Shown one piece after another: positions 25,713 through 38,099 of a stretch of DNA of 64,000 nucleotides. Where the stretch lies: the NCBI GenBank assembly GCA_043228905.1, contig JBHGNT010000004.1, positions 1,426,001-1,490,000 on the forward strand, given 5' to 3'. The notes below the pieces were generated by a model. The model ran no database searches. It was not told the DNA's origin and worked only from the letters and a program-made list of their open reading frames with translations. Source of the stretch: Azolla caroliniana. Its lineage: Eukaryota > Plantae > Polypodiophyta. Position 1 is the stretch's first letter. Each line of letters begins with the position of its first letter. The position numbers and the translations under genes are program-made.

Positions 25713-26559
25713 AACGCTCTATCTGTCTCTCTAGTTTCTTTATTTTTCCTGCTTGTTCGAAGGGCAAATCAATATAGAAGGAAAAAAAATTAAATTTTAA
25801 GAGTGATTTCTTGTCTTTTCTTTCTGTTTTCTTCTTCTCTACTCTTCTTCTTCTGCTACTTTCCAAGGAAGAAGAACTTCTTCCCCCCCCCTCCCCCTGT
25901 GTCTTTTATTTCTTCTTCCTGATATAGAAATTGCTCTAATAATAACAAATATGTATATATATAACTAATGGAAGGAGTTTTTTTTTTGAAAATAATAATA
26001 ATAATAAATATAATATTCAAAAATAATTAGTATAATAATAACAATATAAAAACATTCAAAAATAATTACTATAATTAATAGGCAATATGAGATATCATCA
26101 TTAACCAATCAACCCCCACTTAAAATGAGGTATGAATGAGTGAATCGGTTTTAATGAGCTCTGGATTTGTGTTTAGGTCTTTATGGTCTCCTTGCATTGC
26201 TCATCTTCTTTTTGTGTGCTACACAAGGGTATATTATTATATTATGCATAATATTAATTATAACATTCTATATATAACCTAGATCGTAATATTATAAAAC
26301 ATAATCACCTTGCAGTAACTAATGCATGATCGCCAAATTGCATGTTTGCATATATATGAGGTGTCAGTCATGCATGGTTGCAAGGTGTCGACCATGTATG
26401 TGTCAATACCTTGTTATATAAACATTTGTTGTAATACTAATGAACCATTTGAGTTCATAGTCAATCTTTAACATATTATTGTATATATTGTTCATATTAA
26501 TATATTATATTTCACTCTTCTTATTCTCTTATTTGATTATTTTTTGTCTCTGTTACAAC

Positions 26560-27212
26560 CATAGTTCGAGACATACTTCCCATTCGTGTTATACTCGTAT
26601 GTGAATATTTGTACCATACTCATACGTGAAATGACTCTAAGTATGATTGAAATCCATTCGTTTATATGTATTATTTCCTGTTTACCCAATCCCCCTTCCC
26701 CCTTCTCTAGTTTTTTATTCACTGTGGACCCTCTTCTCTGCTATCCACATCATGGCTCCTCCTCATCTAGAGCACATTGAAAGCCAACCACAACCATCCA
26801 TCTCTCTCTCACAGACACACTCTCACTCTCTCTCAAATCAATTAGAAGGAACCTCAAGATTTGGGGGTATAGCTGGACCTTGCAAAGATGGGATAATGAT
26901 TGGGTAGAGGAACATGGGGGGTTCTTCATCATGTTCATCTTCTACAGAAAGGGAGATGGAGCAAAAGATGAACATGATCGGTTGGTCTACCTGCAAAGAT
27001 ATGAGGAGGAGAGTCGGGGGGTGGACGTCGTGTGCAGGGTTCGTTTCGACATTCTTAGACTTGTGGCGCATGTATATCAATGTATATCGCAAAAAAAATA
27101 ATCCAAAAGGGGAAAAAAAAACGGGAAATGAATATCACATATGACACGTGGATGTATGCAAATGTTCGTATACGTTTATTAAGTTGGACGTATGCAAATA
27201 TTACGAACTATG
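26560..27212. mobile_element. hAT-type MITE about 850 bp upstream of the SUVR ATG
   Basis: TIR catagttcg / cgaactatg with 8-bp TSD gttacaac (26552-26559, 27213-27220). Confidence 0.8.
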
Positions 27213-27360
27213 GTTACAACCCTAACAAATTATGTATATGTATTGGTTATGCTCAATTATTCTTGCTACAACTTACAAGTTAGGGTATTCCCAAGATTTA
27301 ACTTGGAATATTTTGATACTCTGTTATAAAGTTAAGCATGAAATTTAAAATACATGTGTT

Positions 27361-27740
27361 TGTGGTGGCCCTAGGTTGTCCCAACGAAGACATAATCCCA
27401 AAACTGACTAGGACACACCAAGGGGTCCAATCCCAATCCTAAAGAAGGCACCACCCTAGGTTGGGACAACCAAGTCCCAATGACCATCCTAGCCCAACAC
27501 AATGAGGATCACTCCTTGATTTGCACCCATTCTCAAGATTGACTTTCTTTACTCACCATTTTGGCTCTAATGGGCATAGTCTCTCTCTCCCTCTCTTCAT
27601 GTGTGAAAGTTGTCCCAACTCCAAGTTTTGGTTTTGGTTTCTCCCTATATGAGCATGTTTTGTGTTCCAATTGTGTTTTCTTGCGGTTTGAAGGACCCCC
27701 TGAAATAGGGGCATTACATGTTGCACATGGGAGAACAAGT
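27361..27740. mobile_element. Degenerate LTR related to the 28366-28921 solo LTR, in opposite orientation
   Basis: ggcaccaccctaggttgggacaac (27447) is the reverse complement of gttgtcccaacctagggtggtgcc (28678); starts tgtggtg. Confidence 0.55.
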
Positions 27741-28365
27741 ATGAGGGTGAGGAGAGAGGATTCATGTGTGCAAGTATAGTTGTTAAAAAAAACACGTACT
27801 ATACATACATTTTTTATTTTTTATTTTTCCAGAAAACCACTACTTCACATTAGTTAGCAAATAGAATATAACAAAGTTTATCCAAATCCACAATGGGATC
27901 AACATATACAACTTGGAGAAACAACTCCAAAACTATAAACCAAAAACAACAAAAAAACTCAACCAATCCTTAACTCAAGCAAAATTGAATTAAACCCTAT
28001 TTTACCCCGACTCTACAACTCCCTGACGCACGTTTGTGTCAGCTATACATACATAATAGAGTTACACTATAAAGTATTTATTATACACGTATTCTACATT
28101 TTTTTTAACTACCTTTTTATAATTCTTTACATATTCTAAGTATTTCACATATTTAACAAGTACTTAACATCTCAACAAATAAAATAAAAAATAAAAAAGT
28201 TTTCTTAGCTTTGAAATTTAAGAAGTATTTAATGTATTTTATACATATTTTTAATATTCTACACATATTCTAAGTATTTAATGTACTTTGTCTGTAAAAA
28301 TACGTATTGTAAGTATTTTTAAAAAATGAGTCTAATAAGTTATAGCATAGGTATTCGACGCATAT

Positions 28366-28921
28366 TGTTGTGCTCCTTGATTATGGGGAACTCAAAACAC
28401 ACGAAAACACGATTGGGACAAAAAGATGATTTATATTAGATAAGGGTTACAATATCACAATAGTCCCAAATTAGGACAAACCAAGAACGAGGTTGGGATG
28501 AGTCAAGACTCCACCAAAGGAAGTCGGGACAAACTCCCAAAAAGATGACGTGCGATTAAAGAGTGTTCCTTTACAAGAGGAGAGAGTAGAACTCAGAGAT
28601 CAAGAATCAACAAAAGTGATGAGAAACACCTCCTTCTATAAGCCAATATATGGTTGTTGGGTAGTTCGTTGGGACTAGTTGTCCCAACCTAGGGTGGTGC
28701 CCCTTTTGGGACTAGGACAAGGACTAACTCTGGCTTCTTTCACGAGTCCCAACTTAGATTGGGACTGTGAGTTGTTCAGGACTATCACAACTCAGTTTGG
28801 GACTGCTTGAGATTGTCCCAACTCTACTTATGATTTCGTGGGACTATCCTAACTCTTATTTGGGCTACTCAAGACTATCCCAATTTTATTTGGGGTCACT
28901 TGACTGTTTAAGTGCACCACA
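28366..28921. mobile_element. Solo LTR (556 bp) inserted in an 'agaatac' element
   Basis: Termini tgttgtgc...gcaccaca with 5-bp TSD catat (28361-28365, 28922-28926). Confidence 0.88.
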
Positions 28922-28993
28922 CATATTGTATGTTAAGTATTCTACAACAACGTGTGTGAGTGTATGAGATATCCATGCAAGCATACCACACGT

Positions 28994-30687
28994 TGTCGTG
29001 GTGATTTCAACACAGTGTGAAACCGCCATCAAAAAGAAATAAAATAGTATTGTGAAGTCAACTTTGCTAATAACAAAAATACTTTTCATTTGTCAAAGAG
29101 CATGCCTTATGAATGAAAGATCAAGCAATTGAATCTAGTAATAAATGATGAAGGATATAAAGTTAGAGGTGGTTTTCAAAAATTGAGAAAAAAAGTGGGT
29201 AAAAAAACAAGGTGTAGATATAGAGAAAAAAATCTCATAATTTCTTTGTCCGATATCTAAATTAGAAAAAAAAAACATGCATAAGAAAGCTAACAGAAAG
29301 AGCTTTCTAAAAATAGCTTGTGTGTGAAATTTGAGGTTATAGAACAAAAATAGTGATAAAAAGAAAACCACCTCATATAGACAAGTTTTTCTTTTTAGGG
29401 GGAAAAAACATGCAATAGAAACCTATAAATAAGAGCTTATTCTTAAGAAGAATAGGGAGGGGAATGATAAGGAACATGGAATCTCAACTTAATTAGATGG
29501 TGAAAGAAAAAGGATCAACAATATCAAGAGGTGTCATCAACCAAGAATCTCCCTCTTCTATACTCCGCTCTCTTCTTTTCTCCACCTCTCTCCCCTCGTC
29601 ATTCATAAATTATCTCTCATATAAGAAAAAACTCGTTGTGACTTGATTCTTGTTTTATTAAAAGAATCTCTTATTTTATAATCGAGTGATATTTGCTTTC
29701 ACCTACATGTCTTATGTGTTACTGTCACTTGCTCTTATGTGTTTGTATGTCTTGTGACAAAGGAGCGTTTCGGGCTTTCCATGCACCTCTTCTTTCATAA
29801 AGGCATTCAAACTTTTGTGTCTCCTGTGTAAATATTGCTTTGTGTGTTCGTGTGTCTTGTGACAAGGGAGCATTCAATCTTGCCCATGCACCTCTCCTTT
29901 TACAAAGGCATTCAAACTTTTGTGTGTCGTGTGTAAATATTGTTTGTGTGTGTGTCTTGTGACAAGGGAGCGTTCGGTCTTGCCTATGCACCTCTCCTTT
30001 CACAAAGGCATTCAAACTTTCGTCTCTCATGTGAAAACCTTGCTTGTGTGTTCGTGTGTCTTGTGACAAGGGAGCATTCGAGCTTGGTCATGCACCTCTC
30101 CTTTCACAGGGGCATTCAAAACTTTGTCTCCCCATGAATAAATCTTGCTTGTGTGTTCGTGTGTCTCGTGACATGGGGGCGTTCTAGCTTGCCTATGCAC
30201 CTCTCCTTTCACAAAAGGCATTCAAATTTTGGTCTCTCATGTGTAAACCTTGCTTGTGTGTTTGTGTGTCTTGTGACAAGGAAGCATTTGAGGTTGCCCA
30301 TGCACCTCTCCTTTCACAGAGGCATTCAAACTTTGTCTCTCGTGAATAAATCTTGCTCGTGTGTTCGTATGTCTTGTGACAAGGGAGCGTTTAGGCTTGC
30401 CCATGCACCTCTCCTTTCACAAAGGCATTCAAATTTTTGTCTTCTGTGTGTGTATGTAAGCCTTTTCCCTATGTGTCTGTGTGTAAGCCTTCCTGTCATG
30501 CATTCATACACCTTGTGACTAGGGGTTGATTCGGGCTTGCAAGTTGCCCATGCACCTCTCCTTTTCACGAACATGTTCAAATATTCGTGCCTTCCTCGCG
30601 TTGTGCGTGTGAACCCTAATTCCTTCTTGTCCATAACCCCAATGGTTCCGCCTCACGATCCGCACAGAGTGACGGATTTTAATGATA
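28994..30687 (+). mobile_element. Solo LTR of the Gypsy lineage seen at 36999, carrying a tandem array of about 104 bp
   Basis: Starts tgtcgtg. Its 3' end ggttccgcctcacgatccgcacagagtgacggat matches 37989-38022. Flanked by acgt on both sides (28990-28993, 30688-30691). Confidence 0.75.
29740..30585. repeat. Minisatellite, about 104-bp unit x7 plus a partial copy
   Basis: ctygtgaca at 29751, 29856, 29956, 30060, 30165, 30270 and 30373; the unit contains ccatgcacctctcctttcacaaaggcattcaaa. Confidence 0.93.
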
Positions 30688-32831
30688 ACGTGACACTAGG
30701 AAACATTGTGTTATTGCAAACTTAAATGAGCACCACATTAGTCGATTCATTGAGTATTGACAATCCCCCATCAACAATTGACAAATTGCTCAAAATTATG
30801 TGGGCTCAAATCAATACCACAATAATCTACTATTAATCCATTCGTGCAACAATCAACAACATATTTTTGATCACTTAAGTGCATCAACTTGATATTAATT
30901 AATCTTGTAAAACAAGCACAATGTTTTGGTGATTATTGCTAAACCTACAATACGCCAATGATTGTATGAATAAATTTTCTAGTTTCTAGTGTTATGTATG
31001 ATATGTGCTCTATAACATTATAGTTGATGGATTTTCTTTAATGGTAGTATTAGTTGCTAAAAAAATCATAAACAAATATGATTTGTTTTACATCTATTTT
31101 TAACAATAACATGATTATTAGATAACTATTGAGAAACAACAAACAATACCCCTTCTCACGATTCATTTGCAATCTTCTAACTCCTCAATATGCCAACCAA
31201 AACACTAACTATGTGGGGAAATGGTTTGGTCATTAATTATCAATGGTTTAGTTGCTCAATCATCAACTCATAACCATCCATCGATTACGACCAAGAAGAA
31301 TAAAATAAGGCCCTAATTTTATGAGCCCTCTTATTGCGATCTGTGAGGTAGAACAATGGTAAGTGTCCAACCTATCACCTTAATGTGTGAGGATGGAATT
31401 TTATAATTTCATCATTGAATTTACCAACATTTTGGTGGTTTGGGGCTACAAAGGCACACTCCCCCTCTCAAATCCTTGCATGGTAATGAATCCTTCATGC
31501 ACACAAAACTTGCTTTCTTCGCAATGCATAGGTATCTTGCCATGATGGCAATTATATACATTTGAATGTTGTGTTCCTCTCGTAGCTCCTTATAATGTTT
31601 TGCTTTCATCCCATAGTTGATTATGCTTTCATCTTACTAATTCTACTTTGTCAAGTTTTGAGCATTTGGAAAGAAGAAGGAATGATATAAAAGGAGAAAA
31701 TACCATAAATTCATTGTTTGCATGTCATCGTCACCATCATTAGACTTATTTGTGGTTGCAAAACTTCACTTCAACCATACTTCACGAGTTATTACCACGT
31801 ATGCATCAGTTGATTGTCACTAGTTGATGTTTGTTCACCGCCATTGTTTCTCATGCTCGTCATTTAATCAACATGTGATTCGTGTAATCTAGTTGATTGT
31901 ACTTATTGGGAGTGTTTACAAGTCTTCCATGGATTATTCGTTTGGTGCTAGTGTGGGATTCTTCGATATCCCAAAACCAATAACAAAAAGTCATACCTTT
32001 GCCTTCCCAAAACCCTTTGTGCTTCTCCAAAATATACTTCTACTCTTAAGTAGAAGTATAGCTATGTGTTGTAAAAAATAGGGTGTGAATTTGTGTAGCG
32101 GAAGTGATATATGTGTGTACGTGAGAGAGAGAGAGAGGGTTATAAAGACGGGGTTTTCATAAGCCCATTACTTGGTGGCTTCATGTGATCAAGGCAGGTT
32201 GGTGTTCTCGATTGATGTTACAAGCCAAGGTATTTATTTGGAGCGTTATGGTTGGAGCTTTACCATTGGGAGATACATTAAAAAAAACAAGCATTACTCA
32301 AGGATCGTGTTTCTTTTGTTCAGTGAAATTGGAACATAGTAGGCATTGATTTATTATGTGCCCGATGGCAAGGATGGTTTGGTGGTGTATCCATTTACTG
32401 TGGATGTCTTTAACTAGAGCAAGCCTATCTTCCTTTAGTTGGGTTTTTGCACATATGGAGAACAATGAACTAATGCCTCATTTTCAAATTATTTTTGAGT
32501 TCTTGAGGTATTGGGGACTATGGTTCAATTGGAATATGCGGAATGCCTTCACTTTTGATTCGCAAGTTGGGGTGAGGAAATATGTTCTAAAGTTAAAAGG
32601 ACTTCTTTTGTGGCAATTGACAGTACTAGAGAAGTCACAAAATCTCAACCATGAAGAGAGAGAACTCTACAAGGTCACATATCATCATATTCGCCATTTG
32701 AATTGGTGTGTAGGGTGGCATATGAGCTTGGAGTTGTGGTAGTTTTTAGATCCCATAGATAGAAGGGGTTCTATACTTTGCAGTAAGTTAGTCATGGTGG
32801 TGTTTTTTCTTTCGTAATGAAAGCCATTATT

Positions 32832-32835
<4 letters not shown>

Positions 32836-32893
<58 letters not shown>
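32836..32893. repeat. (GA)n microsatellite
   Basis: About 29 uninterrupted GA units. Confidence 0.97.
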
Positions 32894-32898
<5 letters not shown>

Positions 32899-34316
32899 CA
32901 AGGTATACAGAAAATCAAGAAAATTGTATTAACAAGAAGCAAGATGAACCAACAACTACAGAGAGGGGGAGAAGGTGCTTATGTAGTCACCTTCTCTCTA
33001 TGTTCTCTCACTATAACCACCACTTGGAAAAGAGGTGGAGACCTAACTATCTATTAAATATGTATCATAGAACTTAACTTTTATGACACTTAGTTTATGA
33101 TACAACGAGGTGGGATGTTCACACACTTGGGTATTCTTAAGTTGTGTTCCCACACTAGGGAAGTTGAGTTTGATTCTGAACATGCCCATTCAAATGCAAC
33201 TTCTGGCCGAGATAGTTGTTCTGGACTGGTCTTTGGATCGACTTTGGTAGTCGGCTCTAGCTTTGGTTGTGCATAGGCGGCTCGTACGACTCCGTTCAAC
33301 TTCGTGTTGGGCGGGCCCATTCCTTACTCTATACTCCCCCTCAAGCGCGGCTAGTTAGCGATCGAGAGACCTATGTTTGTTGTGAACTGTCACAACTTGT
33401 TGGCTCTTAGGGCCTTTGTGAATATGACAACCATCTGTAGGTTCATGTTGATGTGTTGTAGATTGACATCTTTAACTAGAACACGTTCTCAGATGAAATG
33501 ATAGTGCACCTCAATGTGCTTAGTCTGAGCGTGAAAGACTAGGTTGCGAGTCAGGTGGATACTGCTCATGTTATCGCAATAGAGGAGAATCGGATCCGTG
33601 ATGAGAACGCCTAGATCCTTCAATACTCTTTTCAACCAAATGACTTCACATGTTCTGAGGATCGTGCCCCTATACTCGGCTTCAGTGCTCGCCAATGCAA
33701 TTTTCTGAGGCTTCTCGTTGCTCCACGATATGGCTCCGCTACCGAGGGAGAGATAAATCCCGATGTTGATCTTATGTTGGCTGTGTAGCCAACCCAATCA
33801 ACACCTCTGTACCCTTCGAATCTAATTGGTGTGACCAATTTGTAGAGGATACCGTAATCCATCATCCCACTTACATACCTTAGTACTCCTTTAGTGAAAT
33901 CCAAATGATTGTCATGAGGTGTCTACATAAATTGGTTAAGGAGGCCGACCAAGTAGTTGAGGTTGGGTCGAGTAATGGTGAGATAGATCAGGCTTCCGAC
34001 TAGCTGTCGATAGTGAGTTCACTCACATTGTTTTGTGTCTGAGTCGGGATCTAACTTAATTATTCAATTGAGAGGGGTAAACACCAGAACATTTGAAATA
34101 GGTAATATGTCGCATTTGGACAACTGTCCATAAAAAAAATGACACAATCTACGACAATTCACAAAAAGGGGGTCCTCATGTGTAAAGGAATTTAAAAAAT
34201 GATCCAAAAATATATTGATTTCTAGCATGTACAAAAATTTAGGTGTTAAAAAAAAACCTAAATAATGGACATGCCAAACTTACAAATGAATGTCCAAAAT
34301 GACTAACACCAATATT

Positions 34317-34625
34317 TGTCATGATATGGCAAGACTTGAACCCATGACCTTATGTTATATGGGTCAAGCTCTTGACCATTATACCATCTATTGTAATACA
34401 TAAGATATTATTTTAATTTCAGTTTTATTATAGAAAATTAATGTATATTCCAGATTTCTCTAGAAAATTCTAAAAGCTTCAGGATTACTACTGAGAACAC
34501 TATAAAATAAGGCACTAGGCATTATGTTGAACCAAATTGGTTCAACGCCAGTCTTAAGCCTCATAGCCATCTTGTACTTACTCTTCCTATAATATATCAT
34601 CATCTCTCTCTCTCTCTCGTCCTCA

Positions 34626-34656
<31 letters not shown>

Positions 34657-34995
34657 TCTCTTTCCTCCCTCTCGGGAGTCTTACGCAGTCCCATCCTCTT
34701 AGTACTAATAGTACTTCCTTTCTCTAGTACTAATTTTCTCTCTGTTTTAGTACTATTCCTGACTGTTTGAACCAATTTGGTTCAACATAATGCCTAGTGC
34801 CTTCTTTTATAGTGTTCTTAGGAGTAATCCTGAAGCTTCTAGAATGTTCTAGAGAAATCTGGAATATACATTAATTTTCTATAATAAAACTTTAATGAAA
34901 ATAAAACCTCACGTATTACAATAGATGGTATAATGGTCAAGAGCTCGACCCATATAACATAAGGTTATGGGTTCGAGTCTTGCCATATCATGACA
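34317..34995. mobile_element. Fold-back element with TIRs of about 235 bp, TG..CA termini and 5-bp TSD
   Basis: Arms 34317-34553 and 34761-34995 are near-identical inverted copies; ends tgtcatga...tcatgaca; TSD atatt (34312-34316, 34996-35000). Confidence 0.9.
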
Positions 34996-35499
34996 ATATT
35001 TATAGAAATTCATGATTCCAAATGTTGATGTACAATAAAATATTTACAGTTAATGTATCCGAACAATCGTTTTCCAAGTTTATGCCATCATCTTCATACC
35101 CATCAGATGAACTAGTAGGAGTTTGTGAGGTCTCATCCTCGTCATTAGTGGTAACTGCATTGTCTTCATCCAATTGTAATCCAACCTTATCGAGGTTATG
35201 AGTCATGCTTCTTGTTTGTCTTTGTGTTGTGTCTAGAGCCACATTCGAGATCCTCTTTTAGTATCTCGATTGTGGTATGTCGCATATAACTTGTTTTGGT
35301 CAAAGATAAGTCATACACTAGTATATAAACATTATCCAATGTAAGAGTAGATGTGCTTGATGCATTCTTTCGTCTTCACTTTTTGTTTATCATATTTAAT
35401 TGTGTACTTTCTATTTACGATATTTGATTATGTGAGATAAAGCTTCTACCAAAATCATTAGAATCTAAAAAAAGTAGTAAAGATGTTTTTCATTTTTCT

Positions 35500-36700
35500 T
35501 ATATTCTCATAGTAAGCCTTTGATGTCAAACAAAAAACCGATACATTCCATCTATATATGATGCACTATGTCTGATTTTACTCTATACATCTAGAATTTG
35601 ATGTAGTGCACCAGATTTCTATTGTAAGTCTTTGATTGTTTTTTAAAATTTCCATTAAAAATTTACTCTTGCATTTTCAAATGAGACAATGCATTGCATC
35701 GAATTCTAGCTATATAGACTACAGTATGATACACTTCATAGTATTTAAATTGAAAATCCACTTTTAAAATATCTTTAAAAAATGATTTTTTTAAACAAAT
35801 CTTGGATTTTTAACTCAAAACCGATGCATTGCATTGTATTTTACTTTATACATCTAGAATCTGATGCAATGCATTGGATTTTAGTTGAAAATACGCAACT
35901 TTTTTTTTTCATAACAAGATTAAAAATTTAAAAAATGTATTATCAATTGAAATTCAATGTATTACAATGAATTTTAGTCTATAAAGCTAGAATATGATGC
36001 AATGCATTGGATCTCAGTTGAAAATCTATTTTTGAATGTTTTATATTTTTTCCATAAAAAAAAATAAAATAGATTTTCAACTGAAATCCGATGCACTACA
36101 TCGGATTTTAGTCTATACAGTTAGAATCTGATGCAATGCATTGGATTTCCATTGAAATTTCATTTTTTTTTAATTTTTTGATTTTTTCCCATTTTTTCCA
36201 TAAATAAATCGTAAAAAATAAAAAAATGGGTTTTCAACTAAAATCTGATGCAATGCATCGGATTTTAGTCTATGGACCTAGAATATGATGTAGTGCATTA
36301 GATTTTAGTTGAAAATCAAATTTTTTGAATTTTTATTTTTTATTTAAAAAAGAAAAATTCAACGGAAATTCGATGCACTACACTGGATTTTAGTTGAAAA
36401 TCCACCTTTTCTTATTCTCTCCATAAAAAAATATTAAAAATAAAAAAAATCTTGGATTTTCAAGCAGAATCCAATGTGGTGAAAATTTATGATTTTTATA
36501 TTTTGTTATATAATGTGGGTGATTTTTGCCATTTAAAATGAGGGATTTTCAACGGAAATCCAATGCAGTGCATTGGATTTTGGTTGAAAATTACTTCAAT
36601 TTCAAGATTTTTCATTTATCATGTATTTTCAATGGAAATTTGAGTACATCTTATTTCCGTTGAAAATCCAATATTTTTTTATTATTTCATTGTTTTATGA
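35500..36700. repeat. Array of short palindromic repeats, probably a DNA-transposon subterminal region
   Basis: Recurring aaatccgatgcaatgcattggatttt and ttttcaac..gttgaaaa units. Confidence 0.7.
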
Positions 36701-38099
36701 AAAAACTAAAAGAAAATTAGATTTTGATTTATTTATCGAAATGAAAAAGGATTTACAACTACAAAGAGGAGGAGAAGGTGCTTATGTAGTCACCTTCTCT
36801 CTATGTTCTCTCACTACAACCACCTTGGAAAAGAGGTGGAGACTTAACTACCTACTAAATATGTATCGTAGGACTTAACTTCTATGACACTTAGTTTATG
36901 ATACAAGGAGGTGAGACAATTTAGAATATGTTCTTAAGGAGACAATTGGGAGTTAAATCCATCACTTCTTATCAAGTTATGCGCTTGGAAACACACGTTG
37001 TCGTGAAGATTTTCGGCAATAGTGTGAAAATCCCATAAAACGTACAAAATCGAGTATGAATCATGTAATACAATAATTGTGAAGATAACATTTTTAATAT
37101 CTTAAGTACAAAATGATGGAGGTTTCGAATGCACTTTATTACACGAGAAATGGACAACTAAATGTCAAGATATGAGGGTATAAAGTTTGTGAAAAGAAAA
37201 GAGAAAATTGTGAGATATCCCACATAGGCACGACAAATACGGCTCTCATCATATATAAGGTGGAGCAAAAGATATTATCTTTGTGTCTATGTATGGAGCA
37301 TAGAGAGTTCAAGGTAACTTGAACTTAGAGTGGAGGTGGCTAGCTACTCGTAAAGGGTTTTGGCCAACCAAAACCGGACCGGCGATGGAGCCGGTGATCC
37401 GACGACATCCGACCGCAATCCGATGGCGGCATGCGGCACCGGTATCCGGCGTCGGTATTCGGCGTCAGCATCCAGCGTCGGTGTCAGCATCCGGCGACGG
37501 CATCCGGCGAACCGGCGACTAGATAAAATAAATATATAAAAATATATACATATTTACATATACAAGGAGGGCAAGTATGGATTCGAACCTTGCACCTCCA
37601 AGTTAGGAGTCAAATGGCTTACCATTAAGCCATAATATTTAGTTGAAATTATATTTCTATCATTGTACTTTTACACGTAAATTCTCATCCATGAGTGCTA
37701 AAATGAGTGACATGGTTAGCATGCACCACATGTAATACTTAAGCGCCAAATGGCAAACATGCAATTTAGGCATGCCTTGTACCCTCACATGCATCATATG
37801 CATGAGAGCATCTATAAAAGAGGGAAGGGGAAGGAGAAAAACACGGTTTTTTTTATGAAAATTAAGAGGAAGAAATTCGTTTTGAAATCAATCGTGTAAT
37901 CTCATCTTCTCTCTTTCCCAATCTATCTTAAGTACTTTCTCGCCAAAGCTTGTATCGACTCTAAATCCTTCTGGTCCAGAACCCCGGCGGTTCCGCCTCA
38001 CGATCCGCGCGTAGTGACGGATCTTCACGACATAATAAAGTGGTGAACCCGACGTGAAAGAGGCGGTAGGAAGGATCAAGTCGAGATTAATACTTGGAG

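Larger units (their letters stand above)
32900..36920 (-). mobile_element. Degraded Ty1/Copia remnant: 3' LTR plus RT/RNase H relic (33340-34085), with a second LTR piece at 36755-36915
   Basis: GSGAISWSNEK..ALASTEAEY..LYCDNMSSIHLTRNLVFHAQTKHIEVHYHFI. PPT cttgagggggag on minus at about 33334-33345. Direct repeat 32952-33115 / 36755-36915. Confidence 0.8.

Noticed and set aside
29740-30585. CRISPR-like array
   Set aside because: Units are contiguous with no unique spacers, the context is a eukaryotic LTR, and there are no cas genes.
31000-32800. ORFs such as 32356-32742 as genes
   Set aside because: No recognisable motifs; looks like decayed repeat sequence.
37566-37640. Functional tRNA gene (also 34920-34990)
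   Set aside because: Acceptor and anticodon stems do not pair; kept only as tRNA-like boxes.
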